Position numbers and translations under genes: made by a program | Part shown: one piece after another, positions 8,261-16,142 of the stretch | How positions within the stretch are numbered: position 1 is the first letter of the stretch | Layout: each line of letters starts with the position of its first letter | Notes under the pieces: model-generated | The model's input: only the letters and a program-made list of their open reading frames with translations | Database searches by the model: none | Told to the model about the DNA's origin: nothing | Source: Desulfotalea psychrophila LSv54 | Lineage (GTDB): Bacteria; Desulfobacterota; Desulfobulbia; Desulfobulbales; Desulfocapsaceae | NCBI RefSeq assembly: GCF_000025945.1 | Contig: NC_006138.1 | Coordinates: 2,280,001 to 2,312,000 of the forward strand | DNA: 32,000 nucleotides | Direction: 5' to 3'

Positions 8261-9847
8261 TTAAACTGCCCTCCAATTAACAGGTCTACGGTGTCTCTGG
8301 CTACTATTCTGTGCCGATCTTTCTCCTGCCGCGCCCATAGAACCATAGGCGTTTAAACCACGAACAAGAGTTTCAAATGCGTCATAACCGTGTGAAGCCC
8401 AATCGTGTCGTGGCCGATCTTTCCAACATCCATTGTTCTCGTCCCATTCACGCCGGTAATTTCGTAAACACTTTAGGCCGTCAGCCGCGCCCTTATTGCC
8501 AACACCGCACCCTCTTTTGCTAAAAAATGCCTTGGGAAGCCAAGACCGTGCTTCGGCAATTGCGGCCGTCTTATCATCTATTCGAGGAATAATTTGGCTG
8601 TTTTTCATCCCCGCTTCTATGAGAATATCTTCTAATGTTTTGGGCGGAGAGGCGGCACTGCTCGCTGTTCCTCCACGACGATAACCAAAATCATGGGGAA
8701 GAAAATGATAGCCCCACACACAGTTAAAATCTCTGTTCAGCTTGGCCCAATAGTACAAAACATCTTCATCGGTCCCCGTGAGATAACCGATCAGTCTGTC
8801 TTGAAACTCCACCCGTTGGTGCAACCAGACTGTCATGTTGTCATTTAACCCAAAATCCCAGCCGGTATTTACAGGAAAAGCAGGTTCAAGCAGGATCTCC
8901 TCAATAAGTCGTCCGGATTTATCAAGGACACTCAGCTGTTTGGAAAGATACGCTCCCTGAATAGATGATTGAAACGCCTCGTCGGCTGTCCCAGGAAACT
9001 CCCGTTTCATATCATCCTTTTGCTGTGCCGATTTCTCTGCATACCAGGCCCGTTTTTTCTTGCCGATTTTTAAACCAATGATCTTTTCCAGGTCGTCACA
9101 GTATTTATCCACCTCAGCAGGGATATAAATTCCATCGGGGTCCTGCTCGTTTTCCGTTCCCATCCACCACGCAAAAAAATGAAATTTATAGGCAAGTTTG
9201 CTGAGCTTGGCTCCTTGGTTGGCCTTCTCCCGGGCGGTAACACAATCTTCATAAAACTCCCCAGCATTACCTTCGGCCGTAGATTCATTAAAGACAAAAC
9301 AGCCAGCCTTTAAGGTATTCAGTGCACCCGTTCTGATTTCTCTTGCTCGAACGGGAAAACGTGTGGCAATTTTACCCATCTCAGAGATATGAAGCGCCTG
9401 CAGGGTTCCACCACGATGGGAGATAGCGGCATAAACAGCAGACCCGTTCTTCCATTCAATAGTTTCTTTTGAATCAGTTTTAAGAGGGAACATTTTTTGT
9501 AGAAATTCAGGTAAACACTCGTAGGCAAAACTGATTTTCCCAAGTTTTTTCTTGGCATCAGCGAGAGTAATATCAATAACACCTGCTTGAGTACCGCTCT
9601 TAAAAAGACAGGTGTCCAGGATGATTATAGCGATGAGGGTAGAAAAACCCCGCTGCCGATCTTTCAAAATGATGTTCATATACCACATGGCATTCCAAAA
9701 CATCTCCTGGCTCTCGTTACGAATAAATTTGACCTTTTTGCCATCCTTGTCCCGCACATAGTACAGGTTGTCGATTCTCCACTCTCTGTCTCCCAGACGA
9801 GATAAAATCTCCTGTTCTTCGGCCGGTGGATTATTGTGAGCCGTCAC
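8261..9847 (-). CDS. terL: terminase large subunit
   Basis: Contains the ILKDRQRGFST Walker-A-like motif typical of TerL. Follows TerS. The ORF track extends to an ATG at 9961, but the GTG at 9847 is preceded by AGGAGG and overlaps the TerS stop, so I take it as the more likely start. Confidence 0.85.
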   Translation of the reverse strand: MTAHNNPPAEEQEILSRLGDREWRIDNLYYVRDKDGKKVKFIRNESQEMFWNAMWYMNIILKDRQRGFSTLIAIIILDTCLFKSGTQAGVIDITLADAKKKLGKISFAYECLPEFLQKMFPLKTDSKETIEWKNGSAVYAAISHRGGTLQALHISEMGKIATRFPVRAREIRTGALNTLKAGCFVFNESTAEGNAGEFYEDCVTAREKANQGAKLSKLAYKFHFFAWWMGTENEQDPDGIYIPAEVDKYCDDLEKIIGLKIGKKKRAWYAEKSAQQKDDMKREFPGTADEAFQSSIQGAYLSKQLSVLDKSGRLIEEILLEPAFPVNTGWDFGLNDNMTVWLHQRVEFQDRLIGYLTGTDEDVLYYWAKLNRDFNCVWGYHFLPHDFGYRRGGTASSAASPPKTLEDILIEAGMKNSQIIPRIDDKTAAIAEARSWLPKAFFSKRGCGVGNKGAADGLKCLRNYRREWDENNGCWKDRPRHDWASHGYDAFETLVRGLNAYGSMGAAGERSAQNSSQRHRRPVNWRAV

Positions 9848-10409
9848 CGCTTCCTCCTGGTAAACCGCATGTTTTACCGTCGAGAATATCAATAATATTT
9901 CGTAGCGTTTGATCTGTTGCAGAGAGTTCAACATGCTCACGGTAGGCAGAGACATCAACATGCCGACCTATGGCTTCAAGGTTTTTGAGCTTACTCGGCC
10001 ATTTGATTTTTATAATTTCACAGGGTGTATCACCTTTGATTTTTTGGATAACCTCAATCCCCTCAATGGTGACCCGCCATGCTCTGGGCCACTCCTCAAT
10101 ATCCTTAACCCGTCTGTTCTCATCAAGGATATCTATCACATCTAGTCCATCAATTTCTTCATGCCGCTCAAGGACTTTCTGGGCATCGTATTTGGCCTTT
10201 TCGATCTTCAACCTCACCAATTCACGTAATCGCTTCTGTAGTTCAGGTTTTTTCAGGTTCTCATGGCCCATGGAATAGGCACTATTGCTTTTATATCCTG
10301 CCGCCAATGCAGCCTTCGAAGCATTAAAATCCACCAAATACTCACTGCAAAAAAGCTCCTGTTTGGGAGTCAGTGTCGTGCCCGTTATTTTGTTTTTTCT
10401 CTTAGCCAT
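9831..10409 (-). CDS. terS: terminase small subunit (Terminase_2-like)
   Basis: LTPKQELFCSEYLVDFNASKAALAAGYKSNSAYSMGHENLKKPELQ is the classic Terminase_2 N-terminal HTH signature. The ATG at 10409 (MAKRKNK) is preceded by GAGGAG. The track start at 10436 is probably an over-extension. Confidence 0.9.
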   Translation of the reverse strand: MAKRKNKITGTTLTPKQELFCSEYLVDFNASKAALAAGYKSNSAYSMGHENLKKPELQKRLRELVRLKIEKAKYDAQKVLERHEEIDGLDVIDILDENRRVKDIEEWPRAWRVTIEGIEVIQKIKGDTPCEIIKIKWPSKLKNLEAIGRHVDVSAYREHVELSATDQTLRNIIDILDGKTCGLPGGSGDGSQ

Positions 10410-10587
10410 CTTTGAGCTCCTCAACCTTATGTTCATGAGAGAGACTTACGCCAACCCTGCGTAGACCACCTTGGCAGAGATCAAAGCGAAGAGAGAGTGA
10501 ACCACTAAAATCCTGCTCCAATTTCTCCAAGGCAGCATCAAGAGATGCCAGGGCTTTCTCTCGTAACCTGTTTTTTTTGAGAGTCAT
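10402..10587 (-). CDS. small hypothetical protein
   Basis: 61-aa ORF that overlaps the TerS start by 8 nt and fits the tightly packed operon. No motif recognised. Confidence 0.4.
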   Translation of the reverse strand: MTLKKNRLREKALASLDAALEKLEQDFSGSLSLRFDLCQGGLRRVGVSLSHEHKVEELKDG

Positions 10588-10593
10588 TTGGTT

Positions 10594-10893
10594 TCAACCT
10601 TTCTTGGCAGAAGATCCAGCAACCTGCTGTTTGTCGCATTTACTCTTAGCCTGGGCGCCAACTTTTATTTCAGCAATTGCAGTTTCATTACTGCGTACTC
10701 GGGCATCAAGGCCATTAAGCTTATCGCTTAGGGTTGTCAGGGCGCGGGTATTGTTGTCCAGTGACACTTTCATCACACTATTGGTATTATTCACATCTCG
10801 TTTCCACAACCAGACAACCAGGCCGCTTAGCAACACAAAGATCCACGCCGCAAACAAAGGATTACCAGTAAAGAACAGTTCAACCCCTTTCAT
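10594..10893 (-). CDS. membrane-anchored coiled-coil protein, possible spanin-like lysis accessory
   Basis: 99 aa. N-terminal TM segment (LFAAWIFVLLSGLVVWLW) followed by a heptad-like helical region. Immediately downstream of the holin-like gene. Confidence 0.4.
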   Translation of the reverse strand: MKGVELFFTGNPLFAAWIFVLLSGLVVWLWKRDVNNTNSVMKVSLDNNTRALTTLSDKLNGLDARVRSNETAIAEIKVGAQAKSKCDKQQVAGSSAKKG

Positions 10894-11543
10894 TTAATCG
10901 TTCCTTCAGAGTGGCTCTGTGGGCTTATAAGGCGTGCGGCACCCTTCGCTGCCATGCGATCCCCAAACCACCAACAAACTGCCGTGGTAGTCAGATAGAG
11001 CAGGGAGCAAGTAACCTGGGTGACAATTTCAGCCGATTGTGTCGTGGTTAAAGCACCGCCAGAACTCTCTAGAATCGACCAGGCCCGACGACTAATCCAG
11101 GTGGAGAGTATCAACAGATAGAGAGTGATCCCTGGCCGAGCAAAACCCTTAACCGTATCCACCAGACCAAAAAGAATACAGATGAATACTCCGGCTGGCT
11201 GAGCCAAAATCGCTACCCAGCCCGTGGTGGAAAAAAGTTTTCCGGCCAGGGCCGTGGAAAGGGTCGGTTTATTGGCAACAATAAGGTGGGCGGCATAAGC
11301 CTCGGTTTCAGCTAGATGTAGGGCTCCTTCAGTCTGTACTCGAGCAACCCTGATATTGGCCTCGGTCTCAGCTAGCATCGCTTGACTCTCCGCCTGTACT
11401 AGCTTCAGCTCATGCTCACGCCCCTGGGCCCTATCCTTCATATCAAGTTCTCTAATCTTTCTCTGATTCCAACTGGACCAAATGGTTCCCGCAAGACCCG
11501 TAATTCCACCAAAAAGAATATCCCAAGGCATATCAATCTCCAC
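10890..11543 (-). CDS. holin-like multi-TM protein (resembles the 3-TM GTA-type holin family)
   Basis: 217 aa. An N-terminal Ala/Glu-rich helical segment is followed by three hydrophobic segments (GWVAILAQPAGVFICILFGLV, ITLYLLILSTWI, VTCSLLYLTTTAVCWWF). Sits between the putative lysin and the spanin-like gene. Confidence 0.55.
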   Translation of the reverse strand: MEIDMPWDILFGGITGLAGTIWSSWNQRKIRELDMKDRAQGREHELKLVQAESQAMLAETEANIRVARVQTEGALHLAETEAYAAHLIVANKPTLSTALAGKLFSTTGWVAILAQPAGVFICILFGLVDTVKGFARPGITLYLLILSTWISRRAWSILESSGGALTTTQSAEIVTQVTCSLLYLTTTAVCWWFGDRMAAKGAARLISPQSHSEGTIK

Positions 11544-11967
11544 TCTCTATAGTAAGTTCAAAATCTTCACCGCCCATGGCTTTGTGCAGCCTGCGGATGG
11601 TTGCTTTTGAAAGTAAAACGGCTCGCTGTCCAGCCAGGTGCCCACGTTTCTTACCATGTAATATGCAGCCGAGAACATTGGTTACATAGCCTTTGGTCCT
11701 GTCGCCGGCCACATTGCCTGAATGATGCAGAACATGCGATCGGCCCTCTACATTGCGCACCTGGTAAACCCAGCCAAAACGAGGAGACTTTACCAAACGA
11801 CAGAGATAGACACCCAAAGGAATAGAGGAGACATTGGGCCGATTATCCCGCCACGGCAGCTCCAAGGTGTAGGAGCGAAATCCCCGTTCAGGGCAGCGAA
11901 AGACTCCCTCTGTGCCCTGGTCCGTGCTCTTCTCGCGTCTTAAGTTTGCCTGGAGCATATTCACCAT
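11533..11967 (-). CDS. DUF5675-like protein, candidate endolysin / cell-wall enzyme
   Basis: TLELPWRDNRPNVSSIPLGVYLC...SPRFG...VRNVEGRSHVLHHSGN...GCILHG matches my memory of the DUF5675 pattern (TLE..IP.G.Y...SP+F..VPGR..IL.H.GN...GCIL.G). It is the first gene after the late promoter and terminators, next to the holin. Confidence 0.5.
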   Translation of the reverse strand: MVNMLQANLRREKSTDQGTEGVFRCPERGFRSYTLELPWRDNRPNVSSIPLGVYLCRLVKSPRFGWVYQVRNVEGRSHVLHHSGNVAGDRTKGYVTNVLGCILHGKKRGHLAGQRAVLLSKATIRRLHKAMGGEDFELTIESGD

Positions 11968-11976
11968 TTTTTACAT

Positions 11977-12011
11977 AAAAAAACTCCGTACTCTTGAACT
12001 AAGAGACGGGG
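11977..12011 (-). terminator. late-leader terminator 2
   Basis: Minus strand reads CCCCGUCUC-loop-GAGUACGGAG followed by U7, 10 nt before the 11967 start codon. Confidence 0.55.
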
Positions 12012-12030
12012 CTAAAAAAGAGAATGACAC

Positions 12031-12063
12031 AAAAAAAGACCCAATCTCAACCGAGACGGGGCC
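12031..12063 (-). terminator. late-leader terminator 1
   Basis: Minus strand reads CCCCGUCUC-GGUU-GAGAUUGGG followed by UCU7. Shares the GCCCCGTCTC arm with terminator 2. Confidence 0.55.
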
Positions 12064-12097
12064 TTGCCTGTGCACATTTTCTCACCTTATTTAATTT

Positions 12098-12126
12098 ATG
12101 ATAGCCAGCTGTGGACAACTTTGCAA
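12098..12126 (-). promoter_or_regulatory. sigma70-like late promoter (PR'-like)
   Basis: Minus strand has TTGCAA (12126-12121), a 17-nt spacer and TATCAT (12103-12098). It lies 20 nt downstream of the Q-like gene and upstream of the two terminators. Confidence 0.5.
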
Positions 12127-12145
12127 ACAGGATCGACAGAGTTTT

Positions 12146-12526
12146 CTAATCAATGCATATAGACGATGAAGAGCTTTCACTATCCTTTTCTAACCAGGCA
12201 GCAACCCAAGATTCACCCATACTAACCAGCTGAGTAACCTTGCGCCGATCCATCCCCAGTTCTCGGGCAACATAACTCGTATTCTCCTTACTCAGATAAT
12301 AGACCATAAGGGCTTCGGCAACGGATGCCTTTCTTTGTCTCAATCGGGCAATGGCAGTATCAATGAGCATTGCCTCCTCGTCACTGATCTCTACGGGCTG
12401 CAGCTCATAAGCAGGATAGTCCTGCCAGCAACAACTTATAGCAAGTCTGCCATAACCAAGATGGGGCACAGGTGATACACGAAGCCATAGGGCATAGTTT
12501 GTCAATTTCTCAGATATAAACTCCAT
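12146..12526 (-). CDS. Q-like late-gene antiterminator / late activator (sigma70 region-4-like HTH)
   Basis: 126 aa. The C-terminal part (ALMVYYLSKENTSYVARELGMDRRKVTQLVSMGESWVAAWL) looks like the HTH of phage antitermination Q / sigma r4 proteins. The gene, promoter, terminators and lysis-gene order is lambdoid. Confidence 0.45.
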   Translation of the reverse strand: MEFISEKLTNYALWLRVSPVPHLGYGRLAISCCWQDYPAYELQPVEISDEEAMLIDTAIARLRQRKASVAEALMVYYLSKENTSYVARELGMDRRKVTQLVSMGESWVAAWLEKDSESSSSSICID

Positions 12527-12574
12527 ACCTCCCTCCTATTGCATAAAACATAACTTGGCTAAGATAATTTTTCG

Positions 12575-12612
12575 ATCTCAAGAAGTGGCGGGTTCAAATC
12601 CCGACATCGGAA
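12575..12612 (+). other. tRNA 3'-end-like fragment, putative att core
   Basis: GCGGG-TTCAAAT-CCCGA forms a T-arm with one mismatch, followed by CATCGGA-A (acceptor 3' strand plus discriminator). No matching 5' acceptor, D arm or anticodon arm lies upstream, so it is a fragment. It is 48 nt from the integrase stop. Confidence 0.45.
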
Positions 12613-12659
12613 AAATAAAATACCATTTATTATTAAATATTTAAGTATATGGACAGCCT

Positions 12660-13883
12660 CTATTCCTGTTCATTGTGACCAAAACTGTGTCCAAAATCTT
12701 CCTTGCCCTCGACTCTTGTTCCAGAGAACTGTTTTTCCACGGAAAACCCGTCTAAACTCTTCAAATTGGGGATATAGCGACCATAGGTTCTATAAACCAT
12801 TGAGGTATCCACATGGCCCAGGGTTTTGGCCACCCATTCAGGTGTCTCTCCCAGGGCGAGGGCCCAAGAGGCGAAGGTATGCCTAGTCTCATACATACGC
12901 CGATATTGCAGTTCCAAACCTGCAAATGCTTCAACCCATACCACACTGCGCAGTTTGTCCTGTGAAATAGGCAGGCGATCTTTGTTGACGAAAACATAGG
13001 GACTGTTGATTCCCGCCGTCAGTTTACGCTGGCGCAACAGAATTCTCCGTAATCCCGGTCGCAATAAGAGCCTGCGTCTACTCTCATGGGTTTTGAGATC
13101 TTCCTTCTCTCTTCCCCGTACCCTGCTTAACTCTATGTGGATATATTCATGGTCGATGGCAACCCATTTCAGGGCCACCTGTTCCGAGGGCCTCAATCCC
13201 GTCTGTACGGCAAATTCAAAATAGGGCCGATACCAAGGGGATATATGCGTTATAAAAACCTGCCACTCTTCAAAACTAAAGGGTTGAACTCGAAACTTCC
13301 TGGGCCGTGGAAGTTTACACCGGGTAAAGGGATCCGGAAAATCCAGCCAGGCATACTCATCCACGCAATCCTCTATAATTACTCGCAGGGGGATGATGAC
13401 GTTGCGAATACGTTTAGCCGAAAGTGGTTGCCCCTGTTCACTCCTCTTGCCCTTCATGGTGGCAATAAACTTCCTCATTCGGGCAGAGGTTATCTCCGCA
13501 AAATTCAAATCACGAAAATAGGGCAAAACATGTCTCTGTAGAGCACTTTGGTAGTCCCGAATCTGATTCTCCGTCATCCCACTTCCCATATCGGCAAACC
13601 ACTGCAGTACATAATCACCAAAAAGAAGTTCAGAGGGGTGGGTGGTCACTTCCCTACCCTCCAGCTCAGCAAAAAAGGCCCTTCTCCTACTTCTGGGAAA
13701 ACGCTTGCCAAAACTGAAAACCCCATTATCTATCTCTGCCATAATCAAATCGAGCTGCCGCCGAAGAATTTGCCGGTTCTCTCTGGTGTCGACAAGGCCA
13801 GATGATTCACGAACGCGCTCCCCCATATAGCGAAAATCAAACCAGATCCTGTTGTGACGGACATAGAGAGTTCCCCTACCCAC
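12660..13883 (-). CDS. int: tyrosine site-specific integrase with N-terminal arm-binding (DUF3596-like) domain
   Basis: 407 aa with a GTG start. N-terminus (LYVRHNRIWFDFRYMGERVRESSGLVDTRENRQ) fits the arm-binding domain. The catalytic region has ...GLRPSE..., TRHTFASWAL and LGHVDTSMVYRTYGRY (R..HxxR..Y). Confidence 0.9.
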   Translation of the reverse strand: MGRGTLYVRHNRIWFDFRYMGERVRESSGLVDTRENRQILRRQLDLIMAEIDNGVFSFGKRFPRSRRRAFFAELEGREVTTHPSELLFGDYVLQWFADMGSGMTENQIRDYQSALQRHVLPYFRDLNFAEITSARMRKFIATMKGKRSEQGQPLSAKRIRNVIIPLRVIIEDCVDEYAWLDFPDPFTRCKLPRPRKFRVQPFSFEEWQVFITHISPWYRPYFEFAVQTGLRPSEQVALKWVAIDHEYIHIELSRVRGREKEDLKTHESRRRLLLRPGLRRILLRQRKLTAGINSPYVFVNKDRLPISQDKLRSVVWVEAFAGLELQYRRMYETRHTFASWALALGETPEWVAKTLGHVDTSMVYRTYGRYIPNLKSLDGFSVEKQFSGTRVEGKEDFGHSFGHNEQE

Positions 13884-13884
13884 C

Positions 13885-14106
13885 CTATCGCCTCAAACCC
13901 TTTTCGCAAGCCAGGCGCTTCATGGCTCGGTGAAAAAAGTGATCCCAATACCAGAAATAATAAGGCCGGTCACCTGCCCCAGGGCGATACTCTCCCTGCT
14001 GATTTAAGTTCTTAACCTCGGCGTCCGCCACCCTCTCAGCCTTCGGAATAAGGGCATTGATTGCCCGTCTATATATAAAATTCTCCATCGCCTCCTCCCT
14101 TCTCAT
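13885..14106 (-). CDS. small hypothetical protein upstream of int (excisionase position)
   Basis: 73-aa ORF ending 1 nt before the int start. No HTH recognised, so any excisionase role is inferred from position only. Confidence 0.35.
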   Translation of the reverse strand: MRREEAMENFIYRRAINALIPKAERVADAEVKNLNQQGEYRPGAGDRPYYFWYWDHFFHRAMKRLACEKGLRR

Positions 14107-14170
14107 GAATTTCCAACCATCGCCAAAATACTCTCCTCCAAGAGTACACCCACTTTTTACCGCTGGACGT

Positions 14171-14200
14171 GTATGGCCGGCTATGGCCGCCTATGGCCGT
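14171..14200. repeat. three tandem 10-bp repeats, TATGGCCG core
   Basis: gTATGGCCGg, cTATGGCCGc and cTATGGCCGt, at the GC-rich to AT-rich transition. Confidence 0.9.
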
Positions 14201-14557
14201 CTACATGCTATTAAAGGGTCTTGACCTGTTTTTTTGGAGGGTGATTTTTTACTGGTTAGGATGGGGGAAATGAGGTTATTTGCTTCTAATAATCTTTTTG
14301 CTTGATTAGTATTGTTGGTGGTGCTTAAGTATTTTGGATTATAAAGAAATTTTCGTAAGTTGATTAGGTCCTTCGTAGAGGGCGAGGGATTTGGATGATG
14401 TGGTGATATTCAGTTATCGCTCGTGTCGAATGACATCAGGGAATCGGGTAATAATTTTTTGTCTGTTTTGGCTAAATCAATGCGTTATTGGCGTAAGGAC
14501 TTTCATTGTTTTCGCTTATTTAATATTTAAAACGATAATATCTTCTAAGGAATATTC

Positions 14558-16003
14558 ATGTACAAATTACGATTACAAGATGTTTATCTTGGTGAAAATG
14601 ATGGCAAAAAAGAAGCTGTCTATAGGTCAGATTTTGAAAGATATTTTGTAGATATAGATGACAACTATGAAAAGCTAAAACAAGATAAGTATTTTTTGGT
14701 TTTAGGGAGAAAGGGATCAGGTAAGACCTATTTGGGGCAATATGTTAAGAGAATGTCTTCAAAAGATCCTCTCCATTTTTGTGAGATCAGTTCATATAAA
14801 GACTTTAAATTTCAAGAGTTAATTCAATTGAAATCAGGTGATATCACTCCAAATGAATATTATGAAATATGGAGATGGTTGCTATTACTTGACATAGGGA
14901 AACACTGCCTCGCTGACAACGGCATAGAGGATTGTGATGACAAGAGTAAACTTCATGCATTCCCTGAGGCTAATTACAAATCAATCGAAATTGATGCTAA
15001 AAAAATCGTGGAAGTAACACAAAAACAGCAAGTCAGAGGCGGATTCTTAAAATCATTCGTGGATATCTCTGATGGTGAAAAACTAGAGGAAGGAACATAT
15101 CTGGATTATATTGACGACTTGGAAAAGGTTGTCTTTTCCTTGCTCTCTCTTTCAGAGAGTTCGTACACCTCAATTTATGATGAGTTAGATGATCGTTTTA
15201 GAAATGATGATTATTACCGCAACTCAATAATCAGTCTAATTAAGGCCGCAGATTACATTAATTTAAAAGCAATAGAAGTAAACTCCAAAGCTAAGGTAGT
15301 AATATTACTGCGGTCTGATATTTTCTCTATATTTAACGATCCAGATCTAAACAAAATAAAAAGAGTTAATACGTTGAAGATTGATTGGGGAACTCGTGTG
15401 TCAGTCGATACTCCTCTAATTAAAATGGTAATTTATAAAGCAAAACAATCTAGTTCCTTAATGTCTGTACTTTCCAATGAGCAGATTTTTCGTCACTTAT
15501 TTCCACAAGATATTAATTACATTAATCCTGAGAGATATATACTTGAGAGATCTTTTTTTCGACCAAGGGATGTAATTACAATATTGAATTTAATCATAGA
15601 AAAATATCCAAATTCCGAATATTTTGGTTGGAAAAGTTTTCGAGTCGTTAAGCAGGATTATTCAGAGTATCTGCTTGATGAAGTAAGGAATGAAATGTTT
15701 GGACATTACCTCGATGAAGAAATCGATAACGCACTTAAATTACTAAAAAATTACAATAAGCATTTTATTGAGTATGATGAATTGAAAAAATATATGACAA
15801 TAAACTCTTATCACTACCCTGGCCTTGATTTAGAAAAAATGCTCATTGGTTTATTTAAATTTAATGCAATAGGAAATAAGTGGTTCAATGAGTACAAAAA
15901 AAAGCAATATTATACTTGGGCTCATCGTGATGAGAAAGCTGATTTAGATTTAAATAAGACTATTGTTATCCACCTTGGTCTAAGGGAAGCGCTATCAATG
16001 TGA
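14558..16003 (+). CDS. P-loop NTPase (KAP/STAND-like), cassette-borne
   Basis: 481 aa. Walker A is LGRKGSGKTY. Walker B is SIYDELDDRF. Later motifs are LLRSDIF and FFRPRDVITILN. AAGGA RBS. Followed by attC-like site 1. Confidence 0.7.
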   Translation: MYKLRLQDVYLGENDGKKEAVYRSDFERYFVDIDDNYEKLKQDKYFLVLGRKGSGKTYLGQYVKRMSSKDPLHFCEISSYKDFKFQELIQLKSGDITPNEYYEIWRWLLLLDIGKHCLADNGIEDCDDKSKLHAFPEANYKSIEIDAKKIVEVTQKQQVRGGFLKSFVDISDGEKLEEGTYLDYIDDLEKVVFSLLSLSESSYTSIYDELDDRFRNDDYYRNSIISLIKAADYINLKAIEVNSKAKVVILLRSDIFSIFNDPDLNKIKRVNTLKIDWGTRVSVDTPLIKMVIYKAKQSSSLMSVLSNEQIFRHLFPQDINYINPERYILERSFFRPRDVITILNLIIEKYPNSEYFGWKSFRVVKQDYSEYLLDEVRNEMFGHYLDEEIDNALKLLKNYNKHFIEYDELKKYMTINSYHYPGLDLEKMLIGLFKFNAIGNKWFNEYKKKQYYTWAHRDEKADLDLNKTIVIHLGLREALSM

Positions 16004-16044
16004 TGTGAACTACCGTCTAACATCACATCGATGAGATATTAATC

Positions 16045-16105
16045 AGACAACCAACTGTTCCACTGGACCCGCAAACAGCGCGTGCCAGTGAACGCCACGT
16101 TATAC
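16045..16105 (+). repeat. attC-like site 1
   Basis: AGACAAC-CAACT-GTTcCACTGG-(18 nt)-CCAGTGAAC-GCCAC-GTTATAC. One extrahelical base on the L'' arm. Confidence 0.65.
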
Positions 16106-16142
16106 AAAATAAAAATACCAGTAATTAAAATGGGAGCATAGA

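Noticed and set aside
12521-12612. An intact tRNA gene
   Set aside because: Only a T-arm (with one mismatch) and a 3' acceptor strand are present. No complementary 5' acceptor (TCCGATG), D arm or anticodon arm lies upstream.
12660-13883. Whether the integrase next to the cassette array could be the integron integrase (IntI)
   Set aside because: It is 407 aa with an N-terminal arm-binding domain (LYVRHNRIWFDFRYMGERVRE). I could not see the IntI-specific insertion or N-terminal pattern. It is followed by a tRNA-like att fragment. It reads as a phage or island integrase, so the array is treated as lacking IntI in this window.
14391-14651. 86-aa plus-strand ORF overlapping the start of the NTPase gene
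   Set aside because: It is out of frame with the well-supported 14558 start (AAGGA RBS). It is an AT-rich, low-complexity translation and starts at a non-ATG codon.
16015-16021. GTCTAAC as the R'' box of the first attC-like site, with GTTAGAC at 19755-19761 as an R' box
   Set aside because: The flanking sequences do not pair with the opposite arms. The shorter 16045-16105 fold and the 19700-19828 fold give proper L boxes and preserve the R'/R'' complementarity chain.
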